Assembly: GCA_965153285.1 (NCBI GenBank)
Contig: OZ229112.1
DNA: 64,000 bases
Strand: one strand, 5' to 3'
Source: Podarcis tiliguerta
Lineage: Eukaryota
Positions within the stretch are counted from its first letter, which is position 1, and every line of letters begins with the position of its first letter. Positions 50,070 through 63,324 of this stretch are shown one piece after another. Position numbers and translations under genes: made by a program. Under the pieces are notes generated by a model. It searched no databases and had not been told where the DNA came from. It was given only the letters and a program-made list of their open reading frames with translations.

Positions 50070-50806
50070 CTGAAAGTCAAAAGTTACTACCCACACACCT
50101 CCAAAAGGACTGTGGAGGAGCAAAGCAGCTGCAAGTTCCTCTAAAGGAGCCCACACGTTTGTGTGGTCTTGCTAAGCCAAGGTCTGGCTTAGAGTGTGGT
50201 GCAAACAGTTATTAGAAGCACCAACTGAACCATACCCATTGTTCATATCCGTAGCTAAAGGAAAGTACAGTAAGCTTTTTAATAACCAGACATTGCACAG
50301 TACCCTTAATGTAAGGGGGTTTCTTGGTTTTATTTCCAAATACATCTTCCAATATTTTGAAATAAAAGGAGAGGCATTATTCTCTTGCGAAGAGATGCAC
50401 ATTAAATGGGCTTAAGAAACTCAAGACATTTCATAGACTTTTGGAAAATTCTTAATACACTGAAGTACCATAAGAAAAGTGGTTCTCATGATGCTCCTGT
50501 TACAAACAATGCAGGAGTTTCCTTCCACGGCTCTCAGTATGTTGAGCAGAAAGGTTTTAAAATGCTCTTGGGTATGGGTGTTTCCAGCAGATGCTGTCTC
50601 CAAACAATATGTTCACAGTTTTTTTCTTTTTCTTTATTTTTTTTAAAATAATACTAAAAAGCACAAATAAAATTCAAACAGTAACCTCTTTGCAGTGATG
50701 CTTTGTTCAAGAATGAAGACCAGCAGTGGAAGGAAGAGCTGTACGGACAATATATTACTTGAAAAAATATTTTATATATATTTCTTTTTTTATTTAATCA
50801 AGAACA

Positions 50807-50810
<4 letters not shown>

Positions 50811-50855
<45 letters not shown>
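50811..50855. repeat. (TTA)n microsatellite
   Basis: Direct reading. Gives the poly-Leu ORF at 50695-50898. Confidence 0.95.
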
Positions 50856-50858
<3 letters not shown>

Positions 50859-50968
50859 ATGTAATGCAATACCATGCAAAATGAAGAAAAACAAGTAAAC
50901 ATACACACACCAAGTAAATAAATAGATATAAATTTGGGTCATTCAATTTACCATCCCTGTTTCTAAAC

Positions 50969-51061
50969 ACAGGTGTGGAACTTGTGGCCTTCCAGATGTT
51001 GCTTGTTGCCATGGTGACTGACGGGACAACATCTGGAGGGGCACAGGTTTCCCAACAGCTG
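50969..51061. mobile_element. Degenerate, internally deleted hAT MITE
   Basis: tccagatgttg / caacatctgga inverted arms. Confidence 0.6.
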
Positions 51062-52719
51062 AAGTTGCCCGACAGCAATCTAAATGTACTTAACAGGGAG
51101 TATGCCACATTAAGCACAGGTACTTACTTCTGAATAAAACCTGCATAGAACTGCATTTGTCAGCTTAAGCTTGAGAAAATAAATTAAAAGGGGACTGGAA
51201 AACAATATTCAAATATTGTAATTGTTCCCAAAGCGAACAAGGAAAGCAGCCACCTAGATTACTACAGGAGATGTTCAAGATCTAAAGAATGGCACGGCCA
51301 TTTTTTTAAAAGCAGAGAAGGTTTGGACATCTGTTTCTCAAACACCAGCTACTTCCCACCTGCCTTGCGGCAAACTACTTTTGAAACTGAGCTGAGTTTC
51401 AAAAAACGGTTTGTGACAAGAGATGACATTTTGTGCTGCCATTTGAAGAGAACATAATCTTAACATGAAAAGGGGGCTGCTGGTAACATCCCTCCTCCCT
51501 AAAAAAAACCCAAATAGCACCCCCTGTTTTTTCAAATACACACATTTGGTGAACTTTTTGTGTAAATTCTGATTAAAGTGGGGCATTGTATGGGATGGCA
51601 TTTTGAAACCAATGCAAAAATCTTACATATGGAAGCAGTCTTAAAATAATCCACATTGAACCATGCTATTGTTTATCCAGCTCAGCATCCTCTCTGATAG
51701 TTGCCACGTTCTTCAGAAATGCTGCATTTTATGCAGGGCACAAGGATAAAAGGCTTCTTTCTTTACAATCCATTCTCAGCCTCTCCCATTATGCTATAAT
51801 GTTTTGTTTGGTCTTTTAAATAAATGTGTAATCAAGATTGTTTGCCCACGGATATACTAGTGGCATGGGGGGTTTATTACATTACATTACATTACATTAA
51901 TACCAACACACACACACAAGCATATATACAAATAGAAAATTGCCAGTAAAAAATTTGCTTTTCAGACCTTTTGACACTACAGACAGCAGAACCTTTCCTT
52001 TGGATGTCAGTGCTACACCATTTGGACTAAACTGCATTTGGAGAAAGAGCCTGCCAATTTAGAAGTGTAAAAAATGGTGGGACAAAATGGAAGAACTGCA
52101 GCTTTTCACATGCTCATAACCAAGAAGCATCTTGATATCAGCCAGTCTTGGACCGTTCAGGTGCAAATATAGTTGATTTTAAAGATGTCAACAGGGCAGT
52201 GTTTTTTTTTATTATTAGGAGGGTCGGTGCGGTTTGCATTATTGAGGACAAATAAATGCACACACATTAAGGTACTAAAAGCAGTTGTTGGGGTATCCCT
52301 GGTTTCCCATGAGAAACTGCAAATTTTGTTATCTGCGTCACAGCAGTGCTCAAACCGGAGGCCAAGACAGTTTAAAAATACCAACAGTGCCACAGATTTC
52401 CCAGGCCATATATAGTTCACACGTCTCACAGGAGCAGGAAAGAGTTGCAAACAAACACACACAAAATCCAGGCAAGAGAGAATGTGGCAGGATATGAAGA
52501 GAGACTATAACACAAGCTAACAAAAGAATATCAGCTTTCTAGACTAGTAGCATATTGTCTGTACTCCAGAAAGAGACAGAAAGAGGGCAGGAAGGAAGAC
52601 CTTGTTTTCTGTAAATACAGAAAGAGAAAATTACAACCAGTCTTGTTTTGACAACATAAAGGCTTTCAGCAATGATTTGCTCTAGACAAAGGCTGGGATT
52701 GAGGTCCTGCCTCACTCAC

Positions 52720-52737
52720 GAAACCCAGCTAGGAATC
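52720..52737 (-). other. Candidate 18-nt microexon GATTCCTAGCTGGGTTTC
   Basis: Strong polypyrimidine tract ttccttttctctttccaaaag| and donor |GTGAGT. Length is a multiple of 3. Confidence 0.5.
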
Positions 52738-53489
52738 CTTTTGGAAAGAGAAAAGGAATGACAGCTTGACATCAGTTGTGCAAGATGCAATCCTGAGTTC
52801 TCCAGTGTGCAATATGAAGGGTATAAAATGCTTTCTGTGAGGCTTATTCCCCCCCCCCCATCATTACTAAAAACAAATAAATTAAATGCAGATCTCAAGG
52901 AAAAATTATCTCACTCCACAAAAGCCTTCAGTTAAGCAGGGCTGCCTTGATAGGACTTTGTCCATAAATGTGGCCTATAAATGTTTGAAATAAATGAAAA
53001 TTGAGCAGGTACATAAAATATTTGTTTAACAAAATAAAAGTAAGTTTTCTTGCAAGCAGTAAAGATGGAGAGAGGCGGGGCAGGCAGGTAGACATAATGG
53101 CTTGTGCAGCCTCAATATCATGAGCAAATATTTTGATTACATTTTGGTCATACTGACTCTTGGTATAAAATTTAACTAAAAAATCGGGGGGTGGAGAACT
53201 CTATTGCCATCTGTCCATGTTTGTTGTGGAGAGTCTTGCAGCTTTCATTATCATTTTGAGAAAAACTGTTTTTAAGGCTTAAGAACATCAGAAGGACAAA
53301 ATATTTGACTCTTATACCTAGAGGGAGTTTCTACTCTCAAAATGATCGTGCCCCTTTGTTTAATCATAGGCTTGGGTCTAAAGACATATAAACTCAATGG
53401 CTAAAGGAAAGCCATAGTGATCCAGTGAGTAGACTGAAGTGAGATCTGGACATTCCTGTTTCTAATGCCATGGCTGATCAGGAGTCTTA

Positions 53490-53657
53490 CCATATTTTTC
53501 CTTATATATGACTAGGTTTCCCCCCTTAAACAATAATGTCAAAAATTAGGGGGATGTCTTATACACAGATATATCTTCCCCCATATTCTTAAATCTGAGT
53601 CCCCCAAAATAGGGGGCGTCTGATACATGGGGGCATCTTATAGACAGAAAAATACGG
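53490..53657. mobile_element. Tc2/pogo-like MITE
   Basis: TA|ccatatttttc ... gaaaaatacgg|TA. Confidence 0.8.
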
Positions 53658-54162
53658 TAACTCAGATCTCATTTCAGGGTTCTGCTAGAGCAGCTAATAT
53701 AAAATCTGAGAGCTACTTTTGTAACCAAAAAGAGACATTTTTGGCCTGTTATGTGTTCTCCTAAATATTTGGTTGCGTCACCCAAATGTGCTGTAGGCAT
53801 GTATGTGCAAGGCACATTGCCTTTGATTTCCATCTTCCTTTTCGCGGTGGCTCTTTATGTGGCTGGTTTTCTCTCTCCTTCTTTTGCCATTCTAGGACAC
53901 TGTTCGGTTTAGCAAACAGTAATGGATAGCTTCCTGGCTCACACTCCCTTGTTTAATGAATAGCACGACTAATTAACTGATGGTAACAGTGGAGCTGTTC
54001 TTGGCTGTCCATGGATCTTACTGAGGTCATAACGGCTGTTGGTAATGTAATTTATTGCTCTGTAAAGTACTTTGAGATACAGTGCAAGGAGACCACTCAG
54101 AAGGTGCCAAAGCAGTGACAAGTCAGGATTTTCCTTAGGACGGTAATATGTTCCATACTTAC

Positions 54163-54198
54163 CAGTCGAAGTAATAAAGAGCTGGAGACGTACTCTGG
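54163..54198 (-). other. Candidate 36-nt (or 32-nt) cassette exon
   Basis: cttttcatccttcttttggag|CCAG|AG acceptor options, consensus donor CTG|GTAAGT, and two retained CpGs. Confidence 0.5.
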
Positions 54199-55410
54199 CT
54201 CCAAAAGAAGGATGAAAAGATTTCCAAATATATCCATTATTGTGTTAAGGAGGTTGGGCTTTCTTTTCTCTTCCCCTCCCCCCCCCCATGCTTTTTATTT
54301 TTATGTTAAAAAGCCATTCTTAGCAGTAATTTTGTGCCTAAGAGAGGAACACAGGAGGAATATGAACAGCTCCAGTCCATCCCTCTCACATGGCCTACAG
54401 GATTATGTGCCCCATTTTAGGACTTTTAAGTTGTACTCTAGTTGAACTCTACTAAATTAGCTGAACACGATGCCACATTCCCTCTTTTCTACAGGGATAA
54501 AAGATGCTGGACTGCATCCCAGTCTCCCGCAGATAGCAAGGTCACAGGATATGTTTGCACCTCTGTGCCACTTCTAATGCAATCATGTTACATATTCCAA
54601 TTCATTTCCTAGTTTACATTCACATGCACCGGGGAGGATGACAACTTTGATCACATTTCCTCCCGTTCAGTCATAAGAGCAAACCTAGTTACCTGAGCAC
54701 TAGTCTGTGGACTTTGCTGCTTTCCCCCCTTTTTTCTTTTTTTTCTTTTCCCCCCTCACCTGGCATTGTGCGATGTTTAGTCTTTTTTTAAATAACACTC
54801 CCAACACTTAAATGTCTGGGGGAAATAAATAGTAATCACTTTATTCTAAAACACACACACACACACAGCTGTATTCACATTAGCAGCTGTACTGAACTAT
54901 CCTCCCAAGTAAATCATTAGGCAGCTTCATCTAAAAAGCAGAACATTTTTATCTTATCATTTATGTCGATATTATTTTTTAACCACTGAAAACTGGCATG
55001 AAAAGAATCAAACTGATCCACACAAGCCACTTAACTGCTTTGTGGATCATTCTTGTGGTCAAAATAATAGAATGCACAGCATTTGTTTTCTTCACTCGTT
55101 CTTCCAAGGACTTCAAAGAAACCTTTTTTCCTTTACAGCAATGGTATGAGGTTGGTAAGAAACATAAACACCGGAGGCTGTCTTTAGACAGACCACTGCT
55201 CTATCTAGCTCAGTATTGTCAACACTGACTGGCAGAGTCCCTAAGGTTTCAGGAAGGGTGAGAAAGACTTGTCCAAGGCTGCTCACAGTGCTTCATGGTG
55301 GAAGAGGGATCTGAACCTTGGATTCTTCTACCCTTTCCATATACAACAGTACAATAATTTCATGTTACTGTTAATTTGATGGAGGAGGTTTTGCAAGTAA
55401 TGCTATGTGC

Positions 55411-55757
55411 TAAAGTAAATGTAAAAGGTAAAGGACCCCTGGACGGTTAAGTCCAGTCAAAGGCGACTATGGGGTTGTGGCACTCATCTTGCTTTCAGGC
55501 CAAGGGAGTCGGCATTTGTCTGGGTCATGTGGCCAGCATGACTAAACCACTTCTGGCACGACAGGATACCATGACGGAAGCCAGAGCACATGGAAACGCC
55601 GTTTACCTTCCCGCCCGAGTGGTACCTATTTATCTACTTGCACTGGCGTGCTTTCGAACTGCTAGGTTGGCAGGAACTGGGACAGAGCAACGGGAGCTGA
55701 CCCTGTCATGGGGATTCAAACCACCGACCTTCTGATTGGCAGCGCCACCCATGTGCC
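55411..55757 (-). mobile_element. Sauria SINE with a small head deletion
   Basis: ggtaaagg tail, ggtacctatttatctacttgcac body, ggattcaaac B-box, gcgccaccc head. Confidence 0.9.
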
Positions 55758-55936
55758 TGTCGGAACCGTGGGATGGAAAGTCAGCTGGCGTGGCCCCAGC
55801 CGGAGCATCTCCCTTCATCAGTCATCCTCCTCCGACCTGCGTCTGCGACTCACACTGCTGTGCATGCATGAGCACACATTACTCAGCAGAGTAAATACAC
55901 AACAAATCTGGCTCAAGGCGTGGATAGCAGACTACG

Positions 55937-55942
55937 TTTATT
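55937..55942 (-). terminator. Candidate polyadenylation signal
   Basis: Minus strand TGTAC-AATAAA followed about 30 nt later by GU-rich atttgttgtgtattt. Confidence 0.5.
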
Positions 55943-56036
55943 GTACATAAATCAGGACAAAGAAAACATGGCTTCTCTCCTTGTTCTTCTTCTCAGAGAG
56001 AGAGAAAACAAAAGCAATACAGAGCGGATGTTCCGC

Positions 56037-56102
56037 TCACGGGACTCCAGCAATCTGTGCTGGAATGTAAGCAGACATGCGACATGTAACAATCCCCCAT
56101 AT
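56037..56102 (-). CDS. Candidate alternative terminal exon (phase-0 reading IWGIVTCRMSAYIPAQIAGVP*)
   Basis: Acceptor ttccattccaccctcgctgcag| with a poly(A) signal about 100 nt after the stop. Frame not established. Confidence 0.35.
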   Translation of the reverse strand: MWGIVTCRMSAYIPAQIAGVP

Positions 56103-56911
56103 CTGCAGCGAGGGTGGAATGGAATTCCCAACAGTGCCCTCAAGTAAAGTAAAGTAAAACGGAAAGGAAGAAGAGGATGGAATCTTGTTGTAGCCCATAA
56201 GAATAAGTGCTTGTAAATATAACTAAGTAATAGTCAGACTGCGAAGGAAGAATATGGATACCTGTCTGTCCTCCCTCCTGGAATGAGTCCCAGTTTGGGG
56301 GCCTGGTTTGGAGTGCTTCCAGATAGGGGTTATGTCACAAAGGGGGGCGGGTTAAATCTGTATCTTTGGTGCACAACCACCCATGTTGGGGGTGCCTTCT
56401 TAGTCTTAGGTTTTTCATATGTATCCCACTGTTTCCTGACTGCACTTTGATGGAATATTTATGAGCTGTGTTCTCTGGCCCTTTGCTCAATCCCAGTTAC
56501 CCCACCCTTCATTACCCCTTTCTTGTTCTGCGTATGCATGCAGCCATTTTTGTAGCCTTGCATAATGCACAGGAAGTGCACAAGAGATACCATTAGCAGC
56601 CCCTGGTTTCTATGGGGGAAATGGAGGCGTGCTTTTTGGTGGTGGGTGAGGCAGCATCCATTTTCATTGGGGTTGTTGTTTTGTTTTGTTTAATTCATAG
56701 GTCTCACAGAAGACTGATATTTAGCTATAAAAAACTATCCCGAAGCACAATAAATTGGGTAAATGGTACAAGTGGATCAAGTTGGACCCTCCCTCCAAGC
56801 ACTTCTTTGACCAAATTAACACCCCACCCCTCGCTCCCCACAGCTGCTCTGAAGCAAAACAAAGGACAGTGGGAGATTTGATCACATCTAGTTTGGCAGT
56901 CAGTAAAATAG

Positions 56912-57419
56912 CAATGACAAAACTAGACAGCATCTTAAAAAGCAGAGACATCACCTTGCCAACAAAGGTCCGTATAGTTAAAGCCATGGTTTTCCCAGTA
57001 GTGATGTATGGAAGTGAGAGCTGGACCATAAAGAAGGCTCATCGCTGAATAATTGATGCTTTTGAATTATGGTGCTGGAGGAGACTCTTGAGAGTCCCAT
57101 GGACTGCAAGAAGATCAAGCCTATCTATTCTTAAGAAAATCAGCCCTGACTGCTCACTGGAAGGACAGATCGTGAAGCTGAGACTTCAGCTCATGAGAAG
57201 AGAAGACTCCCTGGAAAAGACCCTGATGTTGGGAAAGATGGAGGGCACAAGGAGAAGGGGACGACAGAGGACGAGATGGTTGGATAGTGTTCTCGAAGCT
57301 ACCAGCACGAGTTTGACTAAACTGTCGGAGGCAGTGGAAGACAGAAGTGCCTGGCGTGCTCTGGTCCATAGGGCCACGAATAGTCAGACACGAGTAAACG
57401 ACTAAACAACAACAACAAC
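56912..57419 (+). mobile_element. BovB (RTE clade) LINE 3' fragment
   Basis: AMTKLDSILKSRDITLPTKVRIVKAMVFPVVMYGSESWTIKKA...RVPWTARRS...EKTLMLGKMEGTRRRGRQRTRWLD. (CAA)n tail and aaaatag TSD. Confidence 0.97.
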
Positions 57420-58079
57420 AAAATAGAATTAACACATTTGTTAACCTGAATTACGGAGTATTACTGCTATGGAGCACAGATGGAACTCCATTAGGATTGT
57501 TATCAAAATAAGCCATTTCTTTACAAAGGAACAAGTAAAGCAAGTTAGAAGGGGACCATAGAGTCAGAAGATACCCCAGAAATTATTTTAATTTAAGATA
57601 ATCTAACCAACATGCTCATCATCTCTCATCAGCCTCTTGTCATTAAGCTGTCAGGTCTGGTTTGGCAATTTTTACAAAAGTTCCAGAAGATGCTTTGAGG
57701 AAGGAGGAATTGTACTGGCATGATTTGTAGAAAGCCAGCCCTGCTTAAAAACAGGCTGGGTTACTCAAAGTCAGATGGAGAAGATTTTATAATGTCTTGG
57801 ATTGTTGGTCACTAGTTAGCCTAAAGGTCAGCCAATTCCTATTATCTTAAGCAATTATGAATGCCACCAAATGCTTTTCAGCTTGAGCTTTGTGTCACTG
57901 TTTGCATTTGCCTGGTTAAGTTAAGTGCAAGCAATGGATATGATTCATGTTGAATCATTCTTAAAGCATTGCCATAATCTTCTGAATGTCACCACTGTGA
58001 CTTGTCAGTACATGAGGTACGCTGTAATGCAAGACATCTACGTGCCAGTTTATCAAAATATAAATTCCTTCTGGCGGAA

Positions 58080-58118
58080 TCATTTGTCTGCCAAGAGCCT
58101 TGAAATATATTCTGGGAT
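58080..58118 (-). CDS. Candidate alternative terminal exon (phase-0 reading IPEYISRLLADK*)
   Basis: Acceptor tttttcttcctatacacaaag|. Frame not established. Confidence 0.3.
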   Translation of the reverse strand: MPEYISRLLADK

Positions 58119-58459
58119 CTTTGTGTATAGGAAGAAAAATTTGGTACACTGAGGAAACTTTTTTTTTTTTAATGGCCACTTACCAAATGTGTTATGCCCA
58201 CCGGTTGGAGTAGTTGGGAAGGGAGGAGAGATAGCAGACAGAGCTAGGCGAAAACAGGGCACAGCTCTCTTGAAATGCTTGAAAACAGTCTAGCCGTTCA
58301 AAAGCTAAGCACCCACTGCTTGATGATTGATAATTGGAACGTGGTTTCTTCAAACCATGGCAAGCACAGCCAACTGCTGTTGCTATCCTTTGTGTATATG
58401 TGCGTGTGCCACAGTTGTTTACCATTCTTGGGATTGCTTTGAACACCCAAAGACTCTAA

Positions 58460-58580
58460 AGCAGAGGCAGCTAATGTGATACTCTCCCCACATTATAGAC
58501 TACAATTCCCACCAGCACCAGCCATCATGGTCAACAGTGAGAGATGATGGAAGTTGTAGCTCACAACATCTGGAGACTGG
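58460..58580. mobile_element. Degenerate hAT MITE
   Basis: gactacaattccca / gatgatggaagttgtag..caacatctgga. Confidence 0.6.
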
Positions 58581-59616
58581 AGTGAACTGCTCTGAAGTTT
58601 CGTAAGAGGGTTGTCTGGAAGTTAATGGATGCTTAATACCCAACCTTACAAACCCTCATTTGTAAGATTGCTGTTCCAACCAAACTTTGACAAGGATTGC
58701 TAGAATAAACGTAAAACAGCCAGGACCTAGGGCCCAAGTATGAAGGTTAGGATTATATATATTACATACAACAATGTTCAAAGTCATCCATATATTCATA
58801 TTTAATAACCAGCCTTTAATACATCCTGTTTGGTGATTGTGAATACACTTGACAAAAATCTTATTAAGTCTTCCTCTTGGTTGCTCTAAAGAACATTGTA
58901 GAAGTTAAGTTTTTGGGGTTTTTTTTAAGGGTTACTATGATAAGTTTAGCATGTGATATTCTTCACATTCTGGAATGAGAGGGTTTTCCTTCACAAAAGT
59001 GACAGCCAAGAATCTCAAATCTAGAAAAGCAGAAGAGCAGCTCATGACCAAAGGTGCCCATTCACATGTCCCTGATTTCTTTCCATCATATTTAGTTTGA
59101 TATTTAGTTAGAACGGATTTTTACACATTCAATGAGGTACATTTCCGGGCAATTCACTGCTGGCTGCTGGGAGCATATATCATAACACCATGTACTTGAC
59201 AGTAAGCCACATAAGCACTGCTGTTTTATTGCTGATGAATGCTGATAAAAGTGTTGTTCTGAATTATTCTCACATGAAATAAAAGCAGATATGCTTTCTG
59301 TGCACGGGGAATTACAGTACGTTCTGCAGTGCTCTCTACAAACTGGACACAATGTTTTGTTTTTATAAGTAACAGATGCTCACAAAACACTGTCTGGCAA
59401 TCCAGGCATCCCCCTCCCCTCCCTTTCCTCCCCTGCCACATCTCACAGAGATAACACATCTCCTAAGCAACATATGCTTTACCATGGGGCTTGCTGTGTG
59501 GAATGGGAATGTGTAAGTGCCACGGGCAGCAGTACTGTAATGTGTGGCACAACTGCCCCTTTCCCAAATGCAATTAATTCTCCAGATATGGATTTAAGCC
59601 CATGTAGTTGATTCTT

Positions 59617-59758
59617 TAGGGATGCGGGTGGCGCTCTGGGTTAAACCACAGATCCTAGGACTGTACGCTGGCTCCCTCGGCCAATAAAGCGAGATGAGCA
59701 CCACAACCCCAGAGTCAGCCACGACTGGACCTAATGGTCGGGGTCTCTTTACCTTTAC
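59617..59758 (+). mobile_element. Internally deleted Sauria SINE
   Basis: About 40 bp of head joined directly to the 3' tail (ending tttacctttac). Perfect 12-bp TSD tagttgattctt (59605-59616, 59759-59770). Confidence 0.9.
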
Positions 59759-59805
59759 TAGTTGATTCTTACGGAGGTCGCTGAAAGTTCCCTTTGCTCA
59801 TCAGT

Positions 59806-59945
59806 TGCAGACCCTCCAAGTGTCCCTGTTCTCCAGGAACAGACCCGGATTTACAGAAGCTGTTCCAGTTTCTTATTTGATCCCAGAATTTCCCACTTTT
59901 CCTTAGGACATCCCTATTTTCATCAGAGAAATGTGCAGGGTATGC
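59806..59945. mobile_element. TIR element, same family as 3538-3673
   Basis: gcagaccctcca / gcagggtatgc termini. Confidence 0.5.
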
Positions 59946-62900
59946 AGATGCCAAGGTAGGACCCAGCTGGTGTCTGTGAGCTCCCAAAAGGGCCTTTCAT
60001 CCACTGGAAGCCCCCACTAACTGAAAAGGAGGAGGAACCCATTTTTGCCTATTCTCTCTTCTCCACGCCACCTTTCACATTGCTCTGGAGGGGCCCCCAA
60101 CCCTTTGAAGCCAATTTTCCAGGGTGTGTGCTGGGAGCTGCAATGGATTTTTACTTCTTGAAATATGGCAACTCTAGAATACACAGAAACAGCCTCCCCT
60201 CTTCTTCCATTAGTGGAGGCATCCACTGCGTCAAAAACCCTTCATTGAACATAAGGGCAGAGCAGATTACACAAGGAATACTTTAAATAACCTTGATTCT
60301 AGGGTCCACATATTTTACTGAGGGTGAGATATGTCTGCATCTGTGTATAAGCTCAGCTTTTCATTTATCATTAAAAGGAAAAATCAGCACAGTAGGAAAT
60401 CTCCATGTTGACATACTCACATTGGCGGCTTAAAAAAAAAATCTAATCGGGGAAGGAAATGACCTTACAAGTACAATTTACAAGGCTAGGTCAACAGCCT
60501 CCACTAGGCAGCAGCCAGGCATGATTGCCTCCTCATTCAGGAATTTTTACTTCTTTCTAGGATTTTAATCTAGTCAGCCACTTGCAACCTAACAGTTCTA
60601 ACAAACATTGTCCTCACTCATTTTGGTTTAGAGCTTTTATTGGTTTTACTCCATACCCCCATATTCAGATGATCCAGTATGACCCTCTAGCCACACCCTT
60701 TAAAAAAGGTACTATTTGCTTTCAAAATGTGCTTTCAAAATGTACTTTTTAAAATTTTAATTGGGAAAAGATGAAGAAAAAAAATCTATTGTTTTAAAAG
60801 TTTTTATCTCATTATGGGCATTTCCAGACTGCCAATTTTTTTGGATGGGATTCAATTCAAGTTGTGCACCTATAGTTGATTTGAAGCTCTTGCAGAACAA
60901 ACTTGCTTCCCCCAAAGTTCAGACTTTTTGTAATATGGAAAGTGACAGGAAAATCTCCTGGAAAGTGTGGGATATGACCTGCTTTGATTCACCATCTTCT
61001 AACCTCCCCACAGACAAATAAGAATGAATGCTCAATAAACAGACAACATTGTCTAATCTCCCTGCAAACAAATGAGGATCAAGAAGTAGAATTGTGCCTC
61101 TTGAGCTTATGTCAGTGGAAAGCTTTTTTTTTTTGGACAGAAAAGCCAAGGCCCATTTCTCGCTCAGGGTGATGCCAGCATTGCCCCCAAATGCTATGAC
61201 AGTTCTACTTGTTCCTATAGCAACTTCATGAGAAAGGCAAGTATTGACATAAGCCCAGAGTCCATTTTCACGAGCTTCCGGGTTCATGTTGAATTGTGTT
61301 GAGCAGATTTGTAAAATAGCCTTCCCTTCAAAAGCCCAAAGGATAATCACACCCTAGAGAGATCTGTGCAAAAGCCTCAAAAAGCTGGTTTTTAAGGAAC
61401 TGTCCAGTTCCTTAACTATCCCAGAGGTCATAGTCAAGAAAACCTCCTGAGCTTTAGAAGCAAGGGAGCACTACGGTCCCTGAGCTGAGCCACAGAGAAG
61501 TCGCTCCAAGTGACTGCTTGCTGATAAAAGCCCTGGAACAAGGCCAATATAAAAATAAATGATGGCAACCCTACTGTTTTAAAGTAAGCCATCAAAGTGA
61601 AAATTGTCCCATTTCTTGTGGTTGAAAGTTTGCGCTACCCTAACAAGTTTCAGGTTTGTGCAAAGATGCTATCGGTCTGTATGTTGCATGGGATCATTAG
61701 TAACCCTCACATTGCCAATGAAAAATATACTGCTGGTGGAGAATGCCGAAGAATGAAGGTTAAAAGCTCAAAGAGGCTGAGGAAAGGAAGAATTCCAAAC
61801 CGTCACTGTGTGGCAATATTGGGGAAGCAGCAAAGGGTCTCCAGAAATGTGTTACAGCTGCAATTTTACAGCAAGTCCTGGAAGAAAGAAATGCAAAACG
61901 GCTGCTATTCCACAGAGAGTGGCATCTAGTCCTTCGAGCAACAAGCAAATCGCTTGAGTGGTGTTTTTAATTTTTGATTTTTTTGGTATTCTAGGGACTA
62001 GGTGGAGTTTACATTGTTTCATTATACAAAGAGGGTGCAATTTGTAATGACCAGCAGAAGGAAGAAAATGTACCCTCCTCTTTATACAATTTCTAGGTGA
62101 GATGGGAAGGGACCTGATGCAGTTTTAAGAAAAAACAGCTTAAAATCCAGGGAATCCTGCATGAGAAGGACCTTCCAAATGAGAAGAGACAAGTTGAATA
62201 GATGGATTATAGCACTGCCTGCTTAGCATTATTTGATCTTCTGCTATGAAAAAAAAGGGGTTCTTTGCATTTCAAAACATCCAGACTTCTGAAAGGATAG
62301 CAGCACTATAAACCATAAGCAAAACCACCTTTTAAAGAAACTGCTGTGCATTCATGTGGCTATACCTGAGTATTTATGATGAACTGGTCAAGAGATTTTT
62401 ATTTAAGTCAGAACAGAGAATGTCAAATATCAGGCCCAGTTTGAACCAGTGGATAACAGACTTGTTTTGCTACAATCTGCTCTTGCAGAGAAGCAGGGTC
62501 ATTAAGTTCCCCTTCCCCCCACTGACCTTGAAAAGTGTTTGAAAATACAAAAACATTATAGAAAATGTGCACATACATTTGAGATTCTAATGATTTGTCA
62601 CCTGAGTTCTGGATCTCATTGTCCAGTCCCCCCCCCCAACCAAAGAAATAGAACAAATGTATTCTTTAAATTATAAAACAACATTCTGTGGAGCATTATT
62701 TTGGTTTTACTCGTCGCTGAAAAATCAGCTTCTATTGAAGGTTTTCAATTTGGGCACAAGGAACATTAACAGGAAAAAATATTGACTAGTTGTCCCAGAA
62801 GTGTACTGTACTAGATAATGTGAACTTAAAAAGTTTCACTGACTTGCTCACCCCAAAATCTTTTTCTCTTGCTCAGCAAACCTAAGACATGGATATCATA

Positions 62901-63324
62901 TTTGAGGATCCATATTAGAAGCAATTATTCAGCAGATCACTGTAATTAAATTAAATTTATCCTGCAGAAATCCAGTGCTTAACAGCATATCTATTTTGAA
63001 AGCAATGCCACCATGGCATGCAAATCAGACCAGAATGTGTTTGTGTGCGTTTATTATATATACATATTCATTGTATTTTATATTGCCAATGGTGTGGGTT
63101 TGGTTTTTTTTACAAAAAGAGCAGACATAAAGCAGGCACAAACTGTTCCTAGCTTCTTGATAGGTAATCTAATGTAAAATGAATTGACATATACTAGAAT
63201 CTAGCTGATGCTCCCATGAAACCAGACAAAAAAGTCATATTCCTTCTGTCTCACAGCGGAAGGTCGTGATACTTTTTAAGCAGGCAGCAATCCATGACAG
63301 AATTCATCATGATAATGAATTGTT

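Noticed and set aside
51005-51018. Second X-box-like motif gttgccatggtgac
   Set aside because: Lies in the centre of a decayed MITE with no promoter context.
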